Part shown: positions 1 to 11,239 of the stretch, piece after piece
Position numbering within the stretch: position 1 is the first letter of the stretch
Layout of the letters: every line of letters starts with the position of its first letter
NCBI GenBank assembly: GCA_965153285.1
Contig: OZ229115.1
Origin: Podarcis tiliguerta
Taxonomy: Eukaryota
Strand: one strand, 5' to 3'
Length of the DNA: 64,000 nt
Notes under the pieces: generated by a model
Told to the model about the DNA's origin: nothing
Seen by the model: the letters and a program-made list of their open reading frames with translations, nothing else
The model's database searches: none
Translations under genes and position numbers: made by a program

Positions 1-148
1 GTTGTTTTGGTGCATTAACACATTTCTTGATCATAGGCAGCTCCTATGAATCTTAGGGAAAGTATACTGATTTTAAACTAATATTTAGATTCCAGGGATG
101 CTGTATAATCACGTATATCATTTCTAAAACAATAAAATCACGCTTTTA

Positions 149-230
149 AAGGCAAAGGGACCCCTGACCATTAGGTCCAGTAGCGGACGACTCTGAGGCT
201 ACGGCGCTCATCTCGCTTTACTGGCCGAGG
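149..230 (-). mobile_element. Sauria SINE 3' fragment
   Basis: Reverse complement of the 3' end of the full copies (gggacccctgaccattaggtccagt...ctcatctcgcttta). Confidence 0.8.
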
Positions 231-379
231 ATTAAAGAATTAATAGAGTAAGATAACTGCATTTAAATTATAAATACTACTGAGATTAGCAATGTGGTTC
301 TAACATTGGAAATACATTGGTTTGATTTTGTAAATTTGGTAGTGATGTATTTAAAGGAAGGTAAGGCTCTCTAATAGCA

Positions 380-726
380 TGCAGGTGGCACTGTGGGTTA
401 AACCACAGAGCCTAGGGCTTGCTGATCAGAAGGTCAGCGGTTCGAATCCCTGCGACGGAGTGAGCTCCCGTTGCTCGATCCCTGCTCCTGCCAACCTAGC
501 AGTTCGAAAGCACCTCAAAGTGCAAGTAGATAAATAGGTACCGCTCCGGCGGGAAGGTAAACAGCATTTCCGTGCGCTGCTCTGGTTCGCCAGAAGCGGC
601 TTAGTCATGCTGGCCACATGACCCGGAAGCTGTACGCCGGCTCCCTTGGCCAATAAAGTGAGATGAGCGCCGCAACCCCAGAGTTGGCCACGACTGGACT
701 TAATGTTCAGGGGTCCCTTTACCTTT
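380..726 (+). mobile_element. Sauria SINE, near full length
   Basis: tRNA-like head (A box TGGCACTGTGG, B box GGTTCGAATCC), ACCTTT tail, TSD ggctctctaa (365-374 / 727-736). Confidence 0.9.
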
Positions 727-972
727 GGCTCTCTAACAAAAAGTTTTACAGGATACCACCCCACCTCATGTACACCCTGAATGGCATTAAAAGAGTCTAC
801 TTAGCTATCTTAGCTTTTTTTCCTTCAACACCCAGTTTGACAGGTAATTCAGGCTGAAGCCCACCAGCTGGTCCTGTCTTCTACCCTTGCTACCCTATGT
901 ATTTTGTATACACCCGGTATACTTTGAATGACATGCAGGCAGGAAATTATACAGGTGAAATGTGAGAGTTAC

Positions 973-1103
973 CTAAATCTATTGGGCCTTCTCTTAGACC
1001 ATCCAGTTCATATAATCTTCCATGCACAGGAACATAGCTGACAAAGTGAAAAGCATCTTCTTCTTTTGCCGTCGACTTTGCATCAAACTCAAACATTTGT
1101 TGT
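973..1103 (-). CDS. UCHL5: UCHL5 (UCH37) coding exon 6 (131 nt); gene continues beyond window start
   Basis: Encodes [43 protein letters not shown] with catalytic His (AFHFV) and Asp (YELDG); AG/GT boundaries in frame with exon 5. Confidence 0.97.
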
Positions 1104-1190
1104 CTAGAGGTTAAAATAGAGACAAGCATGGATGTTAAACCAAAAGCATCTCTGGAAACTGTATCCGAAAGGCTTCAAATTTCTTGTTAC

Positions 1191-1252
1191 CTGGCAAAAC
1201 TGTTGTGGACTTGTCGAATCACTTCAGAGTTACTTAATGCCAGGCCCTTCAT
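1191..1252 (-). CDS. UCHL5: UCHL5 coding exon 5 (62 nt)
   Basis: MKGLALSNSEVIRQVHNSFAR; canonical AG/GT. Confidence 0.96.
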
Positions 1253-1357
1253 CTAAAATTAAAATGAGACATTTGTTCAACTAACGACTCAGGCTTAAGA
1301 TGCTTTTTTTAAAAAAGAGAGAGAGAAAGAGAATGAGAATAGAATAATTGGACGTAC

Positions 1358-1483
1358 TGCTGCATCAAAGCTTTGTGAAAATTCTTTAAATTCCGACAGC
1401 GTTTCTCCTAAATGGACGTCTTGATGGGTGCAGTTTAATAGCACACTTACTATAGCCTGAGTTGCACAGGCGTTATTTATTAC
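1358..1483 (-). CDS. UCHL5: UCHL5 coding exon 4 (126 nt)
   Basis: VINNACATQAIVSVLLNCTHQDVHLGETLSEFKEFSQSFDAA with catalytic Cys (NNACAT); canonical AG/GT. Confidence 0.97.
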
Positions 1484-3660
1484 CTGTTAAAAAAGAAACA
1501 AAGTGAAAATTCAGAAATAATTGAATACAAGACAAATTATAAAATGAGTTATAGTAGCCTCAAGTTTACCCACTATGGCCATTGGGTTGGATCCAGGCTA
1601 CTTGGGGTGAAACTCAGCTTATGGAACAATCTGTTGGAGGAAGAGTGGGAAGTGATTTTCATCAATTCCTCCTGAAGTTTCCTGAAAAGCTTCTCTGGCA
1701 AGTCAGTGAACTCTCTGGAACAATGTGGAAGGTGGGCAAGACTGGACTATGTTTTAAGTTTAAAGTAAGAGCCCCTTCTTCTACATCAGTATGCTCCCAA
1801 CCCCATATCCACTGCAGGAAGGTAAAATGCCTTTGACACCTAATGACTTATTTTGCAGCTTTGTTTAGAGAAACAAATTAAACCTGTTTTATCGCCCTGA
1901 CACTGAAATATGTGAGTTACAGACTCTTGGACAATAGGAGTTAGTTAAATTGGGTGGGAGTTTTTTTTTTTAATGAGGTACTCCATTTTTATAAATGAAA
2001 GAAATTAATAACTTCCTTTTTACTAGAATGGGCCAGAATGCACAGAGCTACTTTAGACATACTCCACAAATATACAAAAAGACAGCGAGCATCTAGATAG
2101 GAATTCTTGGTTGAACTTTCCTCTTACATTTTGTTTAATAATGACTAATGCTTTTTGGAGATTAACAGCAGTGAAGGAATAATGGAGGTCTTTCCCACTT
2201 TTTACACAAAAAGTAACTTATAGCAGAATCATGTGTATGTTAACTCAGAAATAAGCATTATCGAGCTAACTTGGACTTTACTCCCAAGCAAATGGGTCTA
2301 TGATTGAAGCCGTAAGGAGAAAGTCGTATAATCGAAAGCAGCAGCAGTGAAGTTTAAAATGGACCAAGTAACCAAGGTACCATCTGAATGGTCATCAATG
2401 GAACAACCATGAGAAAATACCTGTAGTCCTTTAAAAAAAAAAACTACAGAGAAAAATAAAGAACTTAAAATACTGATGCCTAAATGATATGAACATTTTC
2501 AACATACAAGCAAGTCAGATCTGAGAAGCTGACGCACACTAAGAGGTTGGGCTTTCCATAAAGTATCTTTCTGGTCAGATATCTGTCACACTTAGAACAC
2601 CTGAGTTTTTCTATTTAAAAAGCTTTCTCATGTACACTAGCAAATTAATATAAGAAGCTATTCAAACAAAGTTAAAAATAGCCAAGTTTAAAAAATAAAA
2701 TAAGCAATTTTGATTCATGTGATTAGCCCCCACCCCAACCCATTGTACTGTTGTTTTATGATTAACAGTACACGGAAAAAAACCCACTATTAATCTACTC
2801 TGACACAATAGCAAAGCTAGGAATTTAGAGTTAAGGCAGAAATTGCACCCTTACCTCACCTTATTGTGCCTAGGTATCCTAGCTCATATAGGGTGATCCA
2901 GAGTTCTGAGGCCCCAAAATACAGGACCGTATCATATCTAGGCATAACAAGGAGGCCAAATTTTACAAGTGTGCATATGAAGCTGGCCACATTGACAAAC
3001 ATGCAGACAACTTTATCGTGTGATTATCCAAGAAAGGCTCAAGAGCTACAATCCCTATTAACAGGCCATCAATTTTATTTCATTTGTTTCATCGCCAATC
3101 TGGATGTTATTACAGAAATTACTTGGTTATCATATTAAGATATTTATTATTATTTTTTTTAAAAAAGTATGTAAAGCTTGATTGATTGGTTTTAAAATTT
3201 AGATGAGATCAAGCAGTAGGAATGCAAAAAGTATTGCATGGGTACCTACTCCTGTAGAAATCCCTTTTACAACATTATTTTGGTGCCATCAAGTGTCAGT
3301 TCTCTGAACTGCTAGCCTAAGAGTATTTCCCCACAACATCCTTCAAAATACAAGAATTGACATAGTAGTTCACTGGAAGGCACAGCCTTCCAAGAATAAT
3401 GCCTACCATTTTATCTTCAAGACCCAGCAAATGCAAAATCCCTATTAAATAAAGTTAGCTCTAATCTGAAAATCACTTTTGAGTCTGCATTTTTATTCCT
3501 AAATTTAATATATGAACTGGATTTTCTCTCTCAGTAATGAGATTTGCTAAATCAGGGCTAAACTCAACATACTAGGAATAAAAAAAGGAGGGGAACTGGA
3601 GTGCAAGTGGTCAGAAGATGAAGTATGCCCAGAAGCTGAGATTTAAGTATGACTAAATAA

Positions 3661-3968
3661 AAAGGTAAATGACCTCTGACAGTTAAGTACAGTCAGGAAC
3701 GACTCTGGGGTTACAGCACTCATCTCGCTTTACTGGCTGAGGGAGCCGGCATTTGTCCGCAGACAGTTTTTCCGGGTCATGTGGTAAACGCTGTTTACCT
3801 TCCTGCCGGAGCGGTACCTATTTATCTACTTGCACTTTGACATGCTTTCAAACTGCTAGGTTGGCAGGAGCTGGGACCGAGCAACAGGCGCTCACCCCGT
3901 CGAGGGGATTCAAACCACTGACCTTCCGATTGGCAAGCCCTAGGCTCAGCGGTTTAGACCACAGTGCC
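3661..3968 (-). mobile_element. Sauria SINE with internal deletion
   Basis: Reverse complement of the 380-726 family, incl. gcggtacctatttatctacttgcac. Confidence 0.88.
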
Positions 3969-6123
3969 ATAGACCATATCAATACACATTTTCTTTGATG
4001 AACTCTCACCACAATGCCAGGTTTTTGGAAACTGAACTTAAACTTTTCTTACACTTCCCCTCCCAAAAGACATTTGCATAGAATTGACTTCATGCAAGGA
4101 CTTCCACTTGGCTCTGAAGTCCTCTTCTCCCAAAAAATATTTTCTAGGGGTCCCCACCACTGGACCAGAATTGCAACGGGGGCTGCAGAGCAAAAGGAAA
4201 GGAATGGGAAGTTCTACTGCCAAGTGGCATTCCTTGCTCAACCCCCAAATTTCTAAATAAATCTGCCTCAAACTATGCTTGCTATAGTTTTATATGATGC
4301 AATTTTACCAGTCACACAATGAAACTGGAAAGGAGCAACAATGATTTATTTTTTTGCTATTCCACCAACCATTTGTACAAGGGTAAGAATCCTGTGAACT
4401 CCACACCCCACCCCACCAAGATGTTGTTGGACTCTGATCAGTCCCAGACAGCCTGGTTAATGTTAAGGAATGTTAGGAGCTGCAGTCAAAGAACATCTGG
4501 AGGGCTATGGGTTCCCCATTCCTGAACCAATATGATACAAGAACAACAGAATGGTAGGGAGATGGTCCCCTCTTCTAAGATAGATGATAGGGTTGCTGGT
4601 GGAGGGTACCAATGCTTTTACCTATCAGAATTCCATTCTACCATAAAATATTCCAGGATAGAACACTACTTTCTTATACATCACTTTACTTTGGACTTTT
4701 AAAATAAATGTATATCCCCCAGGGAAAATTGGATTTTCCCATCATGGTAACAGCTTTCAAGCTCTCCGCCTTGCTTATGGGGCTCTGGAAATATCTTGTG
4801 TGGGCTCTGGAGGCAAGATCTCACATTGCCGTCCAATATCCCTGTAAGCAAGGCAGAGAACTTAAAAGCTATTTCCATGCCAATAGAACCCTGCATAACA
4901 AGAGCTTTTAAGCTCCCTTTTACTGAAACCCTTTTGTGGGCTCTGGAGGCCTTCATAAGATCTCGCGCCAGCTCTGGAAGGTAAGATTCCCTGTGTGGAA
5001 GTGATTCCAGGGGGCTGTTTTGACAATATGCCATTTTGGCTTTATGCACTACTCTCAGAATACAACCCCTGTGCAAGGTCGTCCCTACTGTAATAATGTG
5101 TTAATAGCCATCAAAAGGTCAATCTCAACAATCTCAACTGGGGGGAAAGAACTGCCCCTCCCCATCAGAGTGGTTTTTCAGGATTTGAGAACTAACCACA
5201 ACGTATGAACTCACTAAACTCATCACAGCACCAGAAAGAAATTTATAACAAAACAAGTTTAGTGGAAAATGGGCGAGTTATATCTTATTTTGGAATGAGA
5301 AAGTAGGATATGATCTAAAGCCATGCTCATTATTTACTTTGGTTGAAAGATTTTTTAAAAAATGTGAATTATCTTTCATCATATATACATGCATACGTGT
5401 ATGTTTGTTTACTGCCCTTTTGTGTAACAAATGTTTATAATGATGATATTGTCCTGTCTGCAATTTAAGATATGGTAGAAGGCATGCTTCAGTGTCCACC
5501 ATCAAAGGCAATCAGGCTGGTGAACACACAAATTAGAGCCTTCTCTGCAATGGCCCTGAAATTATGGAATACAATCCTGACAGGGATCAGGCAGCCCCCC
5601 GTATTTAATGTGGGATAATCAGTTGTAATAGTAAACTGGAATATTGTTGAGCTACTGTTGTTTTATGCTGATCTTATCAGTGCTGTTGATTGTTGTTTAA
5701 ACGTTTTATGAATGTGGATCTGCATTTTGAAATGCTGTAAGCTGCTTTGTGAGAAATATCCTCAAAGTGGAGACTAAGTTTCCCAATGTTTGTGAAAATT
5801 CCCTTAAAGCAGAATCCTTTGCATGCTTACTCAGAACTGCCAGAGACATATGAGATTTACTTCCGATAAAATCTGCGAAGTTTGCAGCCCATGAATTATT
5901 CTTGACTCATAAAAGGCAAGTGTTGCATCTTCGGAAATATTAAATTTGAATGCACATTAAACAAAGTTGTTTTGCCGATGATAATTTTTATTATTCACTG
6001 AACAACCTGTTCTGCCAGACTGCCTTACTATTTAGACTATGTCACAATGTTTCAAAGTTGTATTATTTTCACTTGCTGCATCTAATTAGGAGGTGTCACA
6101 GATAATCTTTTAACTTACTATAC

Positions 6124-6229
6124 CTGTTTAGCAAAAAATATAGTATCTAATCTGGAGTCCTGAACAACAGAGCCAGCTGGTTCTTCTCCTGGTTGCCACT
6201 TGAACAGAAAAATTAATCCATGAACTGGC
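6124..6229 (-). CDS. UCHL5: UCHL5 coding exon 3 (106 nt)
   Basis: PVHGLIFLFKWQPGEEPAGSVVQDSRLDTIFFAKQ; canonical AG/GT. Confidence 0.97.
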
Positions 6230-7027
6230 CTACATAAAAAGGAGCACAAAAAGAAAGCAAGCAAGAAAACCCAGTAAGGCATTATCACAACATGTCAAAA
6301 GTTAAAACACTAAAAATCCACTAAACATCACTAAACAAATTCAATAAACCTAAATGAACACACACATAGTTTTTTTAATGGCTACACCTGAACAATAAGG
6401 TGTAAAATCTTGTTTAGTAAGCCCTACTGTGCCTGAGGTATGTGCTGGTGCATGCAGTCCGAGTGTTGACATGTAACTCTTCCCTTCAATCGAACATGTG
6501 AATAAAGCATGACAGAGATAGCTTAGCATGATGTCTGAACCCGAGGCAGAGGTTTGTTTTGTTGTAACAAGCCACAATCTCTACCCAGGCTTAAGCAGTA
6601 ACTGGTTGATGATTTAACAACCAAGGGTAAAAAACCAACCACTACCCTGGGCTCCTACATCACTTCTACATATCCCTGTTGTGCTTTCCTTGCTTGCAAG
6701 AAGCAAGTGTTTCTGCTGTGTGAACAGTATACTTTGCTAAACCAGATGTGGCTTAGTACCAAATATGAACATAGAAAATTATTACTTAACCCAACCAACA
6801 CTTAAAAGCTTAGGACAGGAACTGCCCAGGGTCAGCAGGAAAAGAAATGCATGCCTTTCCAAAAAAAATTTGCAGGATGCTGCTCCCAGCTCCCTCCATT
6901 GTTCACTTTAATGTATGAATGGAACACACAACTCTGTAAGTGTGCACTATTATACCCGACAGATTTTTTTAGCAATAAGAATTGGGGATGGGGGAAAGAG
7001 AAGTAAATTATTTGGAATAAAACTTAC

Positions 7028-7091
7028 TTTAATTTCTCAAAGTTCTCTGGCTCCAAACTCCATATTTCCTCTACTTGTGCGCCTCTACAAC
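7028..7091 (-). CDS. UCHL5: UCHL5 coding exon 2 (64 nt)
   Basis: CRGAQVEEIWSLEPENFEKLK; CAG acceptor, GTAAGT donor. Confidence 0.97.
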
Positions 7092-8749
7092 CTGTAGTAG
7101 CAGAGATAATTATTGTGATTATTCCTGCTTAGAAAGTTTGCTTTACAGGAAAAACTAAAACTAAAGCCTGACACCTCTTTCTAAACAACTTAATTTTGTT
7201 TCAATATACAGAAATAACTTCCACCCCTTCTATTGCATTTTATAATGAATTGGTCTATCGTATATGTAAATCATGATGACATGAAAATCATGCCAAATTT
7301 ACATATTTACAAACCTTATAATAAAAAATGAGTTGCTAAAAATGGATGTCTCGGAATGTGCACAGTGCCACAAATATGTGGGATACTAAAAATGTGGTGT
7401 CTGAGAATTTGGATAAAGAATACTCTTGACAGACGCTAATATTGCAAATATCTGTTTAAATTGTAAACACCTACCTGGTGGGGTAAGTTACCAACCATGG
7501 TGCTAAAATAGCCAATAGTTTGATGACAAAAAAGGGTTTAGTAGTAGTAGTTACAAGGGATATTTCTTTTACTTCAGGGACTTAATTATTAAACAAGTGA
7601 AAGTTGTGCCTTACTTATTGAAGCAATGTTTTTTATTAATTCACAATCCTAAACCATGGTTTAATTTAGGCTTAGAAAGGTATTCCAATATATATGATTC
7701 AGGAAGAAAATGTGCAATGAAAGAACTGGCAAAGGTGAACAACGTGCATTAGGAATGCTCTGAAGCAGAAATTATTTTTAATGAATGTGTGCAGAACTCA
7801 GAGATGAGACCTTGTGTACCTGTCAGCATGTTTAATGACTCAGCTTCCCCAGAGCAAAAAACGAATAATAGCAAGCTACATTACATCTACCAGATAGGAT
7901 GATAGCAAAGTCATCTGCCAGGAATTTTACGATTATTATTTGTTAATCTGAATAGCTCCTTTCTTTCAAGGGGCTGAGACAGATGTTTTAGCCTCAAATC
8001 AAAGCAAATCATAAAGACAGATTAAGATTAGACAGATGAACAGTAACTTGTCTAAAGTGGTCCATCCACGACCACTTCACTCATCAAATTGCAAAAGATG
8101 CAACAAAATGTAAATTCAATAAGGAGACACAACCAACTCCAGCTCCCTATCAAGCACATTCCTATGAAACATGTTTGTAAATGCCCACTTGAGATCAGTA
8201 GTGAGAAATCTCTGGCTTGTGGGTCAACTAGGCCCACAATGTCTCCATTTGGCCAAGCCATACTCCCCTGCCCTACAACTCACATCATACACAATATCAT
8301 GTTTGGGGCAGAGAAATATGTACCTGGGTCAAAAGGAGGCTTAGACCTATGTTTAAATTGTGTTAAATGCACACACACAAGCCACCAACACAATTGACCT
8401 GAGTCTGCAAATACAGGGACACATACAGGGCAGTGGCTGGCTACAACTCTTTCAAAAACAAAGCTTGATGGCAAACCTTCTGTGGTGCAAAAAAAAAAAA
8501 AATGGTCCGTAGCCACACACAAAACCAGAATAATGCTATGAAGCAGTTCTACACAAGCCCTTGAACCCAGGCTCAGCCCAAGTCCAACACCATGGAAGAT
8601 ATCCATTAGCATATAGACATATGAATAGGGTCAACTGCAAGTACATCAGGGTGTGACTTTGCTAGGAATTCCAACCAGCCATGCTATCGTAACCAGGGCA
8701 CGATCTAGTCTGGGAACTGAGCTTCTTCTCTCCTGCTCTGGAGGGGTAC

Positions 8750-9105
8750 GACCTGAACCAAAGACTTCAAGTTACAAGAGAGGAGAACTTTATGGCTGTA
8801 ACGGACGCCCTTGGGAAGTTGTGGACCCCTCCTTTATTGGAGGTTTTAAAGGAGAGATTGGATGGCCACCTGTCATGGATGCTTTAGCTGAGATCAGGGG
8901 TGCCAACTTGAATAAAACACTGGGGAGCCCCAGGTATGCCCCACCCCGCATAAGCAACCACAAGACGCGGCACATGCACACCTTTGTATGGCAAAGCCCA
9001 TCATCTTTAAAGGGGGGACCTGGACCCCTTAAATATTTTATAGAAGGAGGGGAGGGGACCCCTAGGAGTTGGTGTCTACAGTTGAAATTCCTGCATTGTA
9101 GGGGC
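8750..9105 (+). mobile_element. Decayed CR1-tail repeat interrupted by hAT-like MITE (about 8895-9080)
   Basis: CR1-like ggaggttttaaaggagagattggatggccacctgtc; insert starts CAGGGGTGCCAAC with imperfect 8-bp TSD gctgagat/gttgaaat. Confidence 0.5.
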
Positions 9106-9197
9106 TACCAGGAGATGATGCTTCCTTTCCATGAGTCTATAAAATAGTCCAGCAGAATGACAACGCAAAAGCATGCGAGCTTTTCACGTACTTCATT

Positions 9198-9585
9198 CAG
9201 GGCCAGATTTAGGTTTGATGAGGCCTTAAGTTACTGAAGGTAATGGGGCCCTTTATATGTCCAGCTGTCCTTTGTCAACAACAAATTATTGCTGTTTTTA
9301 GGGAGCAGGCTAGTAGGCATAGCTGTCAACTTTTCCCTTTTCTTGCGAGGAATCCTATTCGGAATAAGGGAATTTCCCTTTAAAAAGGGAAACGTAGGCA
9401 GCTATGCTAGCAGGCTTACATTATAGGAGCCTACACAACACAAAACACTGTTTCTTTTATTTTTCTTATCTTATATTTTGGAAATGTACATAGTTTCCCC
9501 CACGCTATGAATTTTTTTGGGCCCCCCCCAAGAGAGTGGGGCCCTCAGCTATAGCTTGTTTAGCTTACACGTAAATCCGGCACCG
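9198..9585 (+). mobile_element. hAT-type MITE containing a nested 89-bp hAT MITE (9318-9406)
   Basis: TIRs CAGGGCCAGATTTA / TAAATCCGGCACCG, perfect 8-bp TSD acttcatt; nested element CATAGCTGTC...GGCAGCTATG with TSD ctagtagg/ctagcagg. Confidence 0.8.
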
Positions 9586-9874
9586 ACTTCATTGCAACCC
9601 AACCCGCCCGCCTCTTGCCAGCTAAACGAAAATCCTGCTTTCCACCGGATGGGAGAGGCGCTCTGCACACGCCTCGGAGTGAGGACTTCTAAACACAGAG
9701 AAAGAGAGAGGAAGCTGGCTTTCCCAACTAAGGCGCTCTGCACATGGCAAGAGACTACGTTTCCTCCAGCAAATAAAAGGGAGCTTGGAAAATCCTAGCC
9801 TCCCCTCTCCCCGGTGGCAAGGCCCCGCCTCGCCCACCCGCCTCCCCGCGAAGTGGGCCGCCGCCAAGCCTCAC

Positions 9875-9956
9875 CGAAGCCCTTGATGAGCTCCGTGAAG
9901 ACGCCCGGGTCGCTCTCCATGAGGCACCACTCGCCGGCGCTGCCTCCTCCCGCCAT
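9875..9956 (-). CDS. UCHL5: UCHL5 coding exon 1 (82 nt from ATG)
   Basis: MAGGGSAGEWCLMESDPGVFTELIKGF; Kozak gccATGG, GTGAG donor, inside CpG island. Confidence 0.97.
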
Positions 9957-10999
9957 GGCGCTGGAGCGGCCGCAACTGCCTCCCCCGGGAGGGCCCCGTT
10001 CGCTCTCGTTCTCTCTCGCTCCGTCCGCCTGATGCGACAACCCTTTCCTACTATTATTATTGTTATTGTTGTTATTAAAAAAAAATTCTCTCCTCACGCC
10101 GCCCTCCAACGCCCGCAAAGCAGCGCACGCGCCGCTCCCTTCCCGGCAACCTCTGCGGCAAGGGCCGCTTCGACGTCCGTCACCCAGGCAAGTGTCTCCT
10201 TCGTCTCTATGGTGAAAGGGGAAGGGAGGAAAGCCAACCACCGAGATTGTAGAAGACCGCTGCTGCGCACGCGCAGGGAGAGTCACGTGAAAACGGGGAA
10301 CCCGTTCGTTCTAGCCTCGAGTCTCTATCGTCCCCACGGCCCCGTGTCCGTGCATTTGGGTTTCGCGGTCGATTCGGCCGGCGACCGGAAGTCCCTCTGC
10401 GCGTGCGCAGGAATCTGCCACTTACTGAATAGGGGTGGTCGCCAGTTCGTGGAATGGTGGTGCCTCTCCGCCAGGCATCCAGTCTCCCTGCCTAACCACC
10501 TTTCCTTGTGGAAACATCATTATTCGATTATGATTCTGTATTTAGTTATTCCCTTACGGGACTCAAGGCGGACAACAGATTATAAAAATGCTTGCTCGAG
10601 CCTCGTTAACTGAAGCGGCTATTCTCTCTTCGAGCATCTTTCCGTTGCAGGACTACAGCTCCCATCAGCCCCTGCAAGCACGCCAAATGGCCAGGGGATG
10701 CTGGGAGTCGTAGTACCGCATGTTCCGGCGGGCTATTAAATCTCCACACACTTAAAAAGGGCCTGGCTAAGAGGAGAAAGCGCCGCTAAGCTCACTCGGG
10801 CCTCACTTCTGAGGTGCGGAGGCCCAACTCTTGAAAGTATGGAGGCTCCTTTCCCGTATGAAAAGGGATACATGGGCGACGCCTCCTCTCAATCCTCCAG
10901 AAGGGAATCTTATTTATTAATTAATTTATTAGATTTATAAGATCTCAGGGTGAGTCATAGGTCAAGCGGCAGTTGTCTGAGGGGTGAGGATGAGGAGAG

Positions 11000-11239
11000 A
11001 ACTACTGCTTCTCGCTCCATCCGGGCCTTTGTTTTCGCGGCGTGAGGGAAGCGCCGGCCGGGAAGGCGGGGTCGGGCGCCGACATCCGGGTCCTGGGGGA
11101 TGGCCTCCCTGAGCCGCTGCATCCGGGTCCTTCTCTCGTGAGGGAAGTTGTCAGGAGGCGCGAGGGGTCCTGAAGCGGAGAACGAGAAGCCTCCGAGCTG
11201 CTCGCCGGGACCTCCCCACCCCCGCCGAAGGCCGCTCAG
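11000..11239 (+). other. RO60: Candidate non-coding first exon of RO60 (start approximate)
   Basis: The acceptor 23 nt before the RO60 ATG implies an upstream 5' UTR exon; CAG|GTACGG donor at 11239/11240 lies inside the CpG island. Confidence 0.45.

Noticed and set aside
380-470. tRNA genes suggested by A/B boxes here and at ~12665, ~30315, ~46900, ~56560, ~61810
   Set aside because: Each runs into a SINE body and tail; no complete cloverleaf or Pol III terminator
426-764. Similar ORFs repeated at 426, 3753, 31799, 46957, 62033, 62878 as a gene family
   Set aside because: All are translations of Sauria SINE copies
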